Below, piece by piece: positions 55,733 to 64,000 of a DNA stretch of 64,000 bases (within the stretch, counting starts at the first letter, position 1; the number at the start of each line of letters is the position of its first letter). The translations under genes and the position numbers were made by a program. Origin of the DNA: Bacteroidales bacterium (lineage in GTDB: Bacteria; Bacteroidota; Bacteroidia; Bacteroidales; PUMT01). The stretch covers positions 4,405 through 68,404 of the forward strand of contig SLMM01000014.1 in assembly GCA_007133565.1 (NCBI GenBank), given 5' to 3'. The notes beneath the pieces are model-generated. The model saw nothing but the letters and a program-made list of their open reading frames with translations. It made no database searches and was not told the DNA's origin.

Positions 55733-56134
55733 CTATTTGAGTGTCCGGAATGAATTTATGTGCAGGGTAACCAGGGCAGCTTTAACCAGGAACAAAATCC
55801 TGAGCCATGTTGCCGATATGAAAAAAACTGCCGATGTGATTATTGTTATCCACAAAATTGTTATGGTCCAGATCTTAACTTTCTGAGATATGGCTTTATG
55901 CTCAATATAATTGTGAAGGAATTTGCCATATACCCGGTGGCTCATCAACCACCCGTACAGCCTTTCGGAGCTTCTTATGTAGCAGGCGGCGGTTAACAGA
56001 AGGAAGGGTGTTGTAGGAATGAGAGGCACAACTATACCCAGGCTGCCGAGTGCCAGGGACAGGGATCCTGCTGTAATAAGCAGCCATTTGATAAATCTGT
56101 TAACTGGTTTTCTGTACCGGGTCTTTTGCGTCAA
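55733..56134 (-). CDS. YbaN/DUF454-family inner-membrane protein
   Basis: 133 aa. IVPLIPTTPFLLLTAACYIRSSERLYGWL is typical of the family. TTG start. Confidence 0.7.
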   Translation of the reverse strand: MTQKTRYRKPVNRFIKWLLITAGSLSLALGSLGIVVPLIPTTPFLLLTAACYIRSSERLYGWLMSHRVYGKFLHNYIEHKAISQKVKIWTITILWITIITSAVFFISATWLRILFLVKAALVTLHINSFRTLK

Positions 56135-56321
56135 TTTACCATCTGTTTGTTTCAGGCCTTAAAAGTAGATTTTTTTTATCTAAAACTGCAAATGGGCTAA
56201 TTAGTGCAATCGATATTTGAATTAATCAGTTTTGGAACTAATTTTGCTGTAAAGTTATACCGTTACTGCAATAATTGGGGCAGGTTCATAATTAAGAGGA
56301 CTGACATTCGTTTAGTACTGT

Positions 56322-56930
56322 ATGAGGAAAATTCCTTTCATAATATTGATGATGTTGACCGGCAGCCTCTTTCTGGCCGGCCAGGAACTGCATGATGATA
56401 CTACAATAATTAAGGAATTTCAGATATTGAAGCAAATGGTCTGGGGTGGTGACACCCTGCTTCATTCCTCTATCGACGAGGTAAAGGTATACCCGGTGCC
56501 GCAGTTTTCCAGCCGTCGAGACCTAAGAAGATACGAAAGGCTGGTCCACAACCTTAAAATAGTATACCCCTATGCCGTGCTTGCAGCAGATAAACTGGAT
56601 GAGATGAACCAGTCCTTCCTTGACCTTAAAACAGAAAGAGAGCGCAAGGCATTTGTCAAGCAGGTAGAACGGGAACTGATGGATGAGTTTGAGGATGAAC
56701 TCAAAAAACTCACAATCACCCAGGGCCGTTTGCTGATCAAGCTTATTGACCGTGAAACGGGCAACACCTCATATGAGCTTTTGCGGGAGCTCCGGGGATC
56801 ATTTTCTGCATTTTTCTGGCAGGCGATTGCCAGGCTGTTCGGTTCCAACCTTAAGACCACCTTTGACGCAGAGGGGGAGGACAAACTTATCGACCAGATC
56901 CTTGTTCTGATTGAGAACGGTCAGATCTAG
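56322..56930 (+). CDS. DUF4294-family protein
   Basis: 202 aa with a signal peptide. YERLVHNLKIVYPYA...LTITQGRLLIKLIDRETGNTSYEL fits my recollection of DUF4294. Confidence 0.6.
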   Translation: MRKIPFIILMMLTGSLFLAGQELHDDTTIIKEFQILKQMVWGGDTLLHSSIDEVKVYPVPQFSSRRDLRRYERLVHNLKIVYPYAVLAADKLDEMNQSFLDLKTERERKAFVKQVERELMDEFEDELKKLTITQGRLLIKLIDRETGNTSYELLRELRGSFSAFFWQAIARLFGSNLKTTFDAEGEDKLIDQILVLIENGQI

Positions 56931-56933
56931 GGA

Positions 56934-57590
56934 TCACATCAGCTTCATCAACTCTTTTACAACTGCATCTGCCCCCTCATGTATCTGAACTATATCGGCA
57001 TCAAGCATATAGCAGGGTGTTGTTACAAGCCTGTACCGCGGGTCGACAATCGTCTCGCCATGGCCGGTCTTCTTGTGAATGGCCCCCATGCTCTCAAGTG
57101 CCTGCGCAGTTCCTTCATCCTGCCCTATGGTCAGCACCGGTTTGTCAAGTATCTTGGCCATTACTGCAGGTGCTATGCAAAGGGCGCCAATCGGCTTTCC
57201 GTTTTTTACCATATCTTTAACAACATGTTCAACACCGGCATCAACGCTGCAGTCAGGTCCGTCAAATGCAAATTTTGACAGGTTCTTGGCAACCCCGAAA
57301 CCTCCGGGGAAAATTATGGCATCAAAATCCTCCGCCCTGAGGTCATCCAGTTTTTTAATATTGCCGCGAGCTATGCGGGCCGATTCTACCAGTACATTCC
57401 TGGCTTCATCCATCTCCTCACCTGTAATATGATTCAGAACATGATGCTGAGGAATGTCAGGTGCAAAAACTTCATATTCGCCACCGTTCCTGACTATGGC
57501 ATAAAGGGTCATGGTCGCCTCATGTATCTCGCTGCCGTCATATACACCGCAACCGGCAAGCACCACTGCAAATTTTTTCTTTTTCGCCAT
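56934..57590 (-). CDS. elbB: Isoprenoid biosynthesis glyoxalase ElbB (DJ-1/PfpI superfamily)
   Basis: 218 aa. FAVVLAGCGVYDGSEIHE, FPGGFGVAKNL and GALCIAP. Confidence 0.85.
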   Translation of the reverse strand: MAKKKKFAVVLAGCGVYDGSEIHEATMTLYAIVRNGGEYEVFAPDIPQHHVLNHITGEEMDEARNVLVESARIARGNIKKLDDLRAEDFDAIIFPGGFGVAKNLSKFAFDGPDCSVDAGVEHVVKDMVKNGKPIGALCIAPAVMAKILDKPVLTIGQDEGTAQALESMGAIHKKTGHGETIVDPRYRLVTTPCYMLDADIVQIHEGADAVVKELMKLM

Positions 57591-57660
57591 TTTTTTGGTT
57601 TTTTGGTTATGTTATTAAAAAACACAATTTATCAAATCGGCTGCAAAAAACCAAGGCCTG

Positions 57661-59079
57661 TCATACACCTTTCCTCCTGAATATGGTAAGGACAGTAAGT
57701 ATAAGTATTTGAAAATCTACGAATACTGACATGTTTTCAAGATATATCATGTCATATTTAAGCCGCTGGATCATCTGGTCGACATTCTCGGCATACCCGT
57801 ACCTTACCTGTCCCCATGAAGTTATTCCCGGCTTTATCCTGAGCAGATGTTTATAATGTGGCGCTTTGCTCACAATTTTATCAATATAGAACTTTCGCTC
57901 AGGACGGGGGCCGACGACAGACATTTCTCCCCTGAGGACATTGATGAAATTTGGTATTTCGTCAAGCCTGGCCTTTCGAAGGAACCTGCCCGGACAGGTC
58001 ACCCTGCTGTCATTTTCGGAGGACAGCTCCGGACCGTTCTTTTCGGCATTGTCTATCATGGTCCGGAATTTATATATCCTGAATGGCCTGCCGTTACGGC
58101 CAATCCTTTCATGACTGTATATCACCGGTCCGCGTGAATCAAGTTTGATCCACAAAGCTATGGCAACGGAGAGGGGTAACAGAGCTACAAGTGCAATAAC
58201 CGATAGTACTATGTCGATCAGTTGCTTCAGATTGTTTTGCCATACAGGCATAAGGTGATGGCTCAGCTGAATCAGAGGTGTTGCTATGATGGTGTTAATC
58301 CTTACCCTCCCGGTAAGAATATCCTGCATGCCCGGAATTGCCTTTATTACAAGATCAGGATGGTCAAGGCGGTTAATTATACGCTCAATTTTGCCGTTTT
58401 CTGAAGGCTCGATGGCAACGATTACCTCTTCAACCCTGTGCGCTGCGATAATTTCTTTAATATCTTCGAGCGACCCGAGGTGCGGCAGGTAATCTTCCAT
58501 AGGGCAGGGTCTTTTGCCGTTGATATTAATAAATCCTATGAATCTGTTTCCTGTTGATCGGATCTGACCGGTTATTTCCCGATAGATGTCCACTGCCTTG
58601 CGGTCGCTGCCAATTATCAGTGTGTTGAATCCCATCCTGCCGCTGCGGATAGCTCTTGTGGTTGCAGCAGTAATTGCAAGTCTCGGCAGGTAAGAAATGA
58701 GAAGATGCAGATAGAAATATGCACCCATGCTTCTGAAGAATCCGGCGGTATCTCCTTCTGCAGCTCCAGCGCTGAAAAGGAATGCTGTAATGACAAGAGC
58801 ACCTGTTGCCGATGCAATTATTGAGCCTCCCAGTTCTTTCAACCGCGACCTGCGGAATATATCCCTGTAAAACCCAAGGAAAAAATAGAGGGCAACCCAG
58901 AAAACCGGAACCAAAGCCAGTCCCCAATAAAACTCAGAGCCCGCACTCTCCGGTATGAGCGGGGGGGGGAATGCAATCCTTTCATCCAGGATATGGCAGA
59001 TGTAGTATAATATCCAGCTTAGCAGTGCCGAAAGCAGATCTGAAAGTATATATTTTATGCGTTGTGCTGTATAATTCAT
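57661..59079 (-). CDS. Initiating polyprenyl-phosphate sugar phosphotransferase (WbaP/exopolysaccharide type)
   Basis: 472 aa. N-terminal TM helices. C-terminal bacterial sugar-transferase domain (RIGRNGRPFRIYKFRTM, DEIPNFINVLRGEMSVVGPRP, KPGITSWGQV). Confidence 0.85.
   Translation of the reverse strand: MNYTAQRIKYILSDLLSALLSWILYYICHILDERIAFPPPLIPESAGSEFYWGLALVPVFWVALYFFLGFYRDIFRRSRLKELGGSIIASATGALVITAFLFSAGAAEGDTAGFFRSMGAYFYLHLLISYLPRLAITAATTRAIRSGRMGFNTLIIGSDRKAVDIYREITGQIRSTGNRFIGFININGKRPCPMEDYLPHLGSLEDIKEIIAAHRVEEVIVAIEPSENGKIERIINRLDHPDLVIKAIPGMQDILTGRVRINTIIATPLIQLSHHLMPVWQNNLKQLIDIVLSVIALVALLPLSVAIALWIKLDSRGPVIYSHERIGRNGRPFRIYKFRTMIDNAEKNGPELSSENDSRVTCPGRFLRKARLDEIPNFINVLRGEMSVVGPRPERKFYIDKIVSKAPHYKHLLRIKPGITSWGQVRYGYAENVDQMIQRLKYDMIYLENMSVFVDFQILILTVLTIFRRKGV
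58961..58969 (-). repeat. C9 homopolymer (coding strand) near the 5' end of the sugar transferase gene
   Basis: The plus strand shows GGGGGGGGG. The coding strand TTC CCC CCC CCG encodes F-P-P-P at about residues 37-40. Confidence 0.9.
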
Positions 59080-59082
59080 GTT

Positions 59083-59997
59083 TCAGTTCTCAAAACCCGC
59101 TTTTTGTCTTATTAATGCACTGAGCTCAGCCCTTTTGTATATCTCGAAGAGGTCCCTGCCGTCGGTGCTTAGGGTTATTGCCGAATGACAGAACCTCTCA
59201 AGGTCGTCATTGAGGTATATATCATCCGTGGGTTTAAACCTGATTGTTCTGTTGTTCAATTTGGCCCGGTCCTTGTTTTTTTCGGATATCTCAAGCTTTT
59301 TGTGTTGAAGATCAGCTTTAAGAAGCATGTTTTTCTGGTAGATATCTGCCTCAAAACGCCTGGAGCCTGTTAAAGTTGAATGGATGATGCTTGCAACCGA
59401 TCCGTTGTCGAATTCGACCCGTGCACTCATAAATCCCAGTGCCTCAAATCTGCCCGGCTGTTTTAAAGCATTGATTTTTTTAACATTGGATCGGCATATT
59501 GACAGTATGACATCGGTTATTTTCAGCAGGTCCCTGTCAATGTCAGGACCGTGGTTGCCGGTTCTGTTTTCAGGAACCATCATCCTGATTTCCAAATGCA
59601 GTGGGTGCACAATCATAGGGAAGCATGCTTCAAGTGCAGGGTTGGCACGTGCAGTCTTCCTGGCGTGTATAACCGTATGCGATTCTTCGCGAAGCTTCAG
59701 CAGGCATGAAATATCATGAGATGAAAGTTCATCTGTCTCAAGCAGCATTAAATGCCTTGATCTTTTAAGTGCCTCAGTGATAAATCCCTTTATTGCAGGA
59801 ACAGCATTCCCGAAGATCAAAACATCATTATTCTCTATAAGTTCCTGTTCTGACGGGTACTCCGGGACTCCATGACAATTTTTGCCGTGCAGGTAACCTA
59901 CGGGATCGAGGAAGCCGGTAATTTCAAATCGCGGATACCGGATAACTGCCTGCATCAGGGGATCTGAAGGATTGCCTATCAGGCCGGCTTTCAGCAT
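59083..59997 (-). CDS. Hypothetical protein, Gfo/Idh/MocA-like layout with a degenerate dinucleotide-binding motif
   Basis: 304 aa from the ATG at 59997 (MLKAGLIGNPS). The overall pattern resembles the N-terminal Rossmann plus C-terminal alpha/beta layout of Gfo/Idh/MocA proteins, but GxGxxG is not intact. Stops 4 nt before the sugar transferase start. Confidence 0.45.
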   Translation of the reverse strand: MLKAGLIGNPSDPLMQAVIRYPRFEITGFLDPVGYLHGKNCHGVPEYPSEQELIENNDVLIFGNAVPAIKGFITEALKRSRHLMLLETDELSSHDISCLLKLREESHTVIHARKTARANPALEACFPMIVHPLHLEIRMMVPENRTGNHGPDIDRDLLKITDVILSICRSNVKKINALKQPGRFEALGFMSARVEFDNGSVASIIHSTLTGSRRFEADIYQKNMLLKADLQHKKLEISEKNKDRAKLNNRTIRFKPTDDIYLNDDLERFCHSAITLSTDGRDLFEIYKRAELSALIRQKAGFEN

Positions 59998-60013
59998 AGT
60001 GGTGAGTTTGCAG

Positions 60014-60021
60014 CAAATATA
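60014..60021 (-). promoter_or_regulatory. -7 box TATATTTG for the 59997 gene / sugar transferase operon
   Basis: Minus strand reads TATATTTGctgcaaactcaccactATG. The box lies inside the track's longer GTG-initiated ORF, which supports the ATG at 59997. Confidence 0.5.
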
Positions 60022-60186
60022 TAATAATTTTAAAATCACATGCCGATAAATAATTTAACTTATCAACGGTTTGTTGTTAATTGATCTATCGGTCCCGGTT
60101 TATCCGGAAAGGAAAAATAGTGTAATTTAGCAGAATGTAAAGATACCGGGAAACAGATAAATCATTTAAGAACATATTTGCTTGGA

Positions 60187-60831
60187 ATGACAGATACATA
60201 CCGCCATAAAGGCCTCAGGAGGAACCTCGTTCAGGAGGTCAGGAACAAGGGCATCGAAGATGAAAGGGTGTTGGAGGCAATATTTAAAGTTCCCAGACAT
60301 CTTTTCATGGATACGGGGTTTGTTAAATATGCATACAAGGACCAGGCATTTCCTATAGGATGCGGTCAGACAATTTCACAACCATTTACAGTGGCATTCC
60401 AGACCCATCTGCTGGAGGTCAAAAAACACTGTAAGGTGCTTGAAGTAGGCACCGGTTCGGGTTACCAGACTGCCATACTTTGTGAGCTCGGGGCAAAGGT
60501 GTATACCATTGAAAGGCAACGCGAGCTTTACATAAAAGCGCAGTCCTTCCTTCCGACAATAGGGTACAAGGCCACATTTTTTTATGGCGATGGTTATGAA
60601 GGGAAACCGTCCTACGCTCCATTTGACAGAATCCTGGTGACTGCCGGCGCCGCAGAAATACCTGAAAAGCTGAAAGCACAACTCAAAGAGGGGGGAATAA
60701 TGGTTATTCCGGTAGGCGACAGCAGTTCCCAGGTAATGACCAGAGTGCTGAGAAAAGGAGAGGATGAATTTGAGGTTACTGAACATGGGCGTTTTGTATT
60801 TGTTCCCCTCCTGAAAGGCAAATCGGTTTAG
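60187..60831 (+). CDS. pcm: Protein-L-isoaspartate O-methyltransferase
   Basis: VLEVGTGSGYQTAIL, FDRILVTAGA, GGIMVIPVG. ATG at 60187 (the track used TTG at 60178). Confidence 0.9.
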   Translation: MTDTYRHKGLRRNLVQEVRNKGIEDERVLEAIFKVPRHLFMDTGFVKYAYKDQAFPIGCGQTISQPFTVAFQTHLLEVKKHCKVLEVGTGSGYQTAILCELGAKVYTIERQRELYIKAQSFLPTIGYKATFFYGDGYEGKPSYAPFDRILVTAGAAEIPEKLKAQLKEGGIMVIPVGDSSSQVMTRVLRKGEDEFEVTEHGRFVFVPLLKGKSV

Positions 60832-60851
60832 TTTAATCACAAACAGAAGTT

Positions 60852-61493
60852 ATGATCAAGGTACAGAAATTTGTATTCAATCCATTCCAGGAAAATTCGT
60901 ACATTCTTTTCGATGAAACGGGCGACTGTCTTCTTGTCGATATGGGCAGCTATACCGTTGATGAAAAGAAGGAGGTGCTTTTTTTTATTGAGAACAACAA
61001 GCTTAAGCCGGTGATGATCGTGAATACTCATTGCCATGTTGACCATCTTCTTGGCAACTCCTTTTTCAAGAACAGGCTTAAGGTTCCCGTTGCAGCTCAT
61101 GCAGATGATGAGTTCCTTGTAAAAACTGCTGTTGAGCACGGCACCGTTTTCGGCTTCGAGGTTGAGGAACCCCCTGTTCCCGACCAGTACCTTGAGGAGG
61201 GAAGTAATATCAGCTTCGGAAACTCATTTCTTGAAATCTTCCATGTGCCCGGGCACTCTCCCGGAAGCGTGGCGCTGTACAGCAGCAGCGACGCTTTTGT
61301 GATCACGGGCGATGTACTGTTCAGCGGAGGAATTGGCAGGACAGACCTTCCGCGAGGCGATTACGACACCCTTATAAGGTCTATCACAGAAAAACTGATG
61401 GTGCTTTCCGATGAGGTGACAGTTTATCCGGGACACGGACCGGAAACCACAATCGGCGAGGAGAAGCGTTCCAATCCTTTCCTCATGGGTTAA
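60852..61493 (+). CDS. MBL-fold metallo-hydrolase (GloB/YcbL-like)
   Basis: 213 aa. THCHVDH motif, HVPGHSPGS, GDVLFSGGIGRTD, and PGHGP near the end. Confidence 0.85.
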   Translation: MIKVQKFVFNPFQENSYILFDETGDCLLVDMGSYTVDEKKEVLFFIENNKLKPVMIVNTHCHVDHLLGNSFFKNRLKVPVAAHADDEFLVKTAVEHGTVFGFEVEEPPVPDQYLEEGSNISFGNSFLEIFHVPGHSPGSVALYSSSDAFVITGDVLFSGGIGRTDLPRGDYDTLIRSITEKLMVLSDEVTVYPGHGPETTIGEEKRSNPFLMG

Positions 61494-61793
61494 TATGCAG
61501 GCTGCGCAGTTATTAATCAGTGCAATTGCAACCACCGGTGATGAACTCCTTATTACCCGGCACATTCATCCGGCACAAAATACCTGCCATACCGGGGGGG
61601 CTGGTCTGGCTGCAGTCCGGTCCCCGGCACCATGCATGTCGCGGCACCACCGGACATCCTTATGAGGCAAATGCAAATTAGTTAATCATATTATTGAGCA
61701 GATCATGATATTTGTCTTGTTTAACCCCACATCCAATTTTTATTTTTACGGGATATAGACAGTAAAACATTAAAAACATAAATAGCTCTTTAT

Positions 61794-64000
61794 ATGGCAC
61801 TCGACAGTTTCATTTCGCGTCATAACGGTCCCCGGACCCACGAAACAGGCACCATGCTTGAGAAGATAGGCGTCAAATCAATCGGCGAGCTTATCGACAA
61901 GACAATCCCCACTGCAATAAGGCTTGAAGAACCGCTCAACCTGCCTGACGGCATAAGCGAGCATGAATACCTGCAGCGGATATGGGAGATAGCCTCGAAA
62001 AACAAGGTCTGCCGCTCGTTTATAGGGATGGGTTATTACAATACCATCTTTCCCCCGGTGATCCAGAGGAACATACTAGAGAACCCTTCATGGTACACCT
62101 CATATACACCTTACCAGGCAGAGATCTCGCAGGGAAGGCTGGAGGCACTGCTGAACTTCCAGACAGTGGTGATGGACTTGACGGGCATGGATCTGGCAAA
62201 TGCATCGCTACTTGATGAGGCCACGGCAGCAGCCGAAGCCATGATCATGATGTTCAATGCACGCAGCAGAAACCAGGTCAAATCGGGTGCCGTTAAGTTC
62301 TTTGTCGATCAGAACATCTTTCCGCAGAACCTTGCTGTGTTAAGGGCCAGGGCCGTTCCCCTGGGTATTGAGCTGGTTGCCGGCAACCACGCAGAAGAGG
62401 AAATCGGACAGGATTTTTTCGGTGTAATGGTGCAGTATCCTGCAGGTGACGGCAAAATTTACGATTACAGGGATTTTATTGCCAAAGCTTCGGAACAGGG
62501 TATATATACCGGGGTTATAGCCGACATCCTCAGCCTCGCCCTGCTTACTCCTCCGGGTGAATGGGGCGCCGACGTGGTAGTGGGTTCTACCCAGCGATTC
62601 GGCATACCTATGGGGTATGGCGGTCCGCATGCCGGGTACTTCGCCACCAGGGAGAAGTTCAAGCGCCATGTGCCCGGAAGGATAATTGGAGTGACCGTCG
62701 ATGCACAGGGCAAACATGCCCTCAGGATGGCGTTGCAGACAAGGGAGCAGCATATAAAGCGTGAACGCGCCACCTCAAACATATGTACGGCCCAGGCACT
62801 GCTGGCTACCATGGCAGGGATGTATGCTGTCTATCACGGTGCTGAGGGGCTGAAACGGATCGCCCTTCATATTCACCATAGTGCTGTTACGCTTGAGACG
62901 GGACTGAGAAGCCTGGGTTACACTCAGGAGAACAGGAACTATTTTGACACCCTCAGGGTGTCGCTTCCCGAGGGTATCACGGCAGCTGACATTCAAAAAC
63001 CGGCGCTGGAGAACAGTATCAACCTCAGGTATATTGACGATAAGACGGTGGGCATCAGCCTTGATGAGACTACGCTCATAAAGGACATAATTAATATACT
63101 TACCGTTTTTGCCGGGGTTGCAGCCAGGGAGGTCCCGGAGGTGAATCCACTTGAGGAGAAGGTGGCTTTTGACAGCCTTTTCATCCGCGAAAGCGAGTTC
63201 CTTACCCTTGATGTATTCAAGGCATACCGGTCGGAGACCGAGCTCATGCGTTACATAAAAAAGCTGGAGAGAAAGGACTTCAGCCTTACACATTCGATGA
63301 TTTCGCTCGGGTCGTGCACCATGAAGCTGAATGCAGCCACCGAGCTGCTGCCGCTGAGCTGGCCCGAGTTCGGGGCGCTGCATCCTTTTGTGCCGGCTGA
63401 TCAGGCGGAGGGGTACCACGAGATGATGGATGAGCTGGCGGACGATCTGTGTGAGATAACGGGCTATGATGCGATCTCTTTTCAGCCCAATTCGGGGGCG
63501 TCGGGTGAGTATACGGGGCTGATGGTCATCAGGGGTTACCATGAAAGCCGGAACGAGGGCCACCGCAATGTATGTCTTATCCCTTCGTCGGCGCACGGCA
63601 CTAACCCGGCCAGCGCAGTAATGGCGGGCATGGAGGTGGTTATAGTGGATTGCGACAAACACGGTAACGTCGATCTGAAGGATTTGCGGGTAAAGGCTGA
63701 GCAGAACCGTGATAACCTTGCTGCCTTTATGGTAACCTATCCTTCAACTCACGGGGTTTACGAGCCCGGCATCATAGAGATGACAGAAATTATTCATGAG
63801 AACGGTGGACAGGTTTACATGGACGGGGCCAACATGAACGCGCAGGTAGGATTTACCAATCCGGCGATAGTTGGTGCAGATGTGTGCCACCTGAACCTTC
63901 ACAAAACATTTGCCATACCGCATGGGGGCGGGGGGCCTGGAATGGGTCCGATAGGCGTCGCCGCCCACCTGGTTGAGTTCCTGCCCAGGCATCCGGTCAT
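61794..64000 (+). CDS. gcvP: Glycine dehydrogenase (aminomethyl-transferring), single-chain GcvP; 5' partial, continues beyond the window
   Basis: Not in the ORF track because there is no stop in the window. My translation from the ATG at 61794 is [27 protein letters not shown]...[50 protein letters not shown]. At the end it reads [26 protein letters not shown]. These are hallmark GcvP motifs. Confidence 0.92.
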   Translation, partial: MALDSFISRHNGPRTHETGTMLEKIGVKSIGELIDKTIPTAIRLEEPLNLPDGISEHEYLQRIWEIASKNKVCRSFIGMGYYNTIFPPVIQRNILENPSWYTSYTPYQAEISQGRLEALLNFQTVVMDLTGMDLANASLLDEATAAAEAMIMMFNARSRNQVKSGAVKFFVDQNIFPQNLAVLRARAVPLGIELVAGNHAEEEIGQDFFGVMVQYPAGDGKIYDYRDFIAKASEQGIYTGVIADILSLALLTPPGEWGADVVVGSTQRFGIPMGYGGPHAGYFATREKFKRHVPGRIIGVTVDAQGKHALRMALQTREQHIKRERATSNICTAQALLATMAGMYAVYHGAEGLKRIALHIHHSAVTLETGLRSLGYTQENRNYFDTLRVSLPEGITAADIQKPALENSINLRYIDDKTVGISLDETTLIKDIINILTVFAGVAAREVPEVNPLEEKVAFDSLFIRESEFLTLDVFKAYRSETELMRYIKKLERKDFSLTHSMISLGSCTMKLNAATELLPLSWPEFGALHPFVPADQAEGYHEMMDELADDLCEITGYDAISFQPNSGASGEYTGLMVIRGYHESRNEGHRNVCLIPSSAHGTNPASAVMAGMEVVIVDCDKHGNVDLKDLRVKAEQNRDNLAAFMVTYPSTHGVYEPGIIEMTEIIHENGGQVYMDGANMNAQVGFTNPAIVGADVCHLNLHKTFAIPHGGGGPGMGPIGVAAHLVEFLPRHPV

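Noticed and set aside
61530-61660. The GC-rich island as SRP (4.5S) RNA or another housekeeping ncRNA.
   Set aside because: Neither strand has the GGAA-tetraloop / AGCAGC domain IV signature of SRP RNA. The length and motifs do not fit 6S, tmRNA or RNase P.
61494-61793. A possible glycine riboswitch upstream of gcvP.
   Set aside because: The conserved glycine-aptamer elements are absent: GGAGAG, (C/G)CGAAGG(G/A)GCAA and CUCAGGCAAAAGGAC. Only loose fragments occur (CACCGGA, AGGCAAATGCA). I cannot support the call without a covariance-model search.
62775-63662. A 295-aa ORF on the minus strand, with neighbours at 62340-62812, 62993-63247 and 63744-63992.
   Set aside because: It lies entirely antisense to the gcvP reading frame, which carries unmistakable glycine dehydrogenase motifs. 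The translation is Arg/His-rich and low-complexity with no motif. This is a typical shadow ORF of a GC-rich codon-position-3 gene.

Overview
This 64-kb window looks like a chromosomal segment of a Bacteroidota genome. The evidence is a T9SS type-B sorting domain with an adjacent PorP/SprF gene, a TonB-dependent receptor/DUF4249 pair, a type III glutamine synthetase, and TAnnTTTG -7 promoter boxes. All calls rest on motif recognition in the supplied translations and on reading the DNA; no database search was run. I count about 48 CDS plus one tRNA-Phe. Coding density is high.

Most genes are housekeeping: era, der, rlmH, gpmI, GS-III, prfA, pyrF, rpsO, pnp, sucC, pcm, and the 5' part of gcvP, which runs off the right edge and is missing from the ORF track.

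Two accessory-looking surface modules stand out.
- 2558-12788: a 1206-aa type-B T9SS cargo with polyglycine tracts, a PorP/SprF gene, a PD40/PKD protein, an orphan secreted protein, and a beta-propeller/PP2C sensor.
- 21902-28209: a tightly packed four-gene operon of STN-like TonB-dependent receptor, DUF4249, a 608-aa MG2-like protein and a 235-aa anchored protein.

Other points of interest:
- A MerR/B12-binding regulator carries both CarH photoreceptor signature motifs and sits next to an ECF sigma factor.
- An arginine decarboxylase / agmatinase / deoxyhypusine-synthase-like polyamine cluster lies divergent from a GNAT-nitrilase fusion.
- A C9 homopolymer sits inside the initiating sugar transferase.
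- A GC-rich island lies in the AT-rich gcvP leader.
- An exact 14-mer is repeated upstream of the glutamine synthetase gene.

I saw no CRISPR array, rRNA, transposase, integrase or recognisable defence genes. No single locus can be declared a new system from sequence alone. The two surface modules and the CarH-like/ECF pair are the best candidates.
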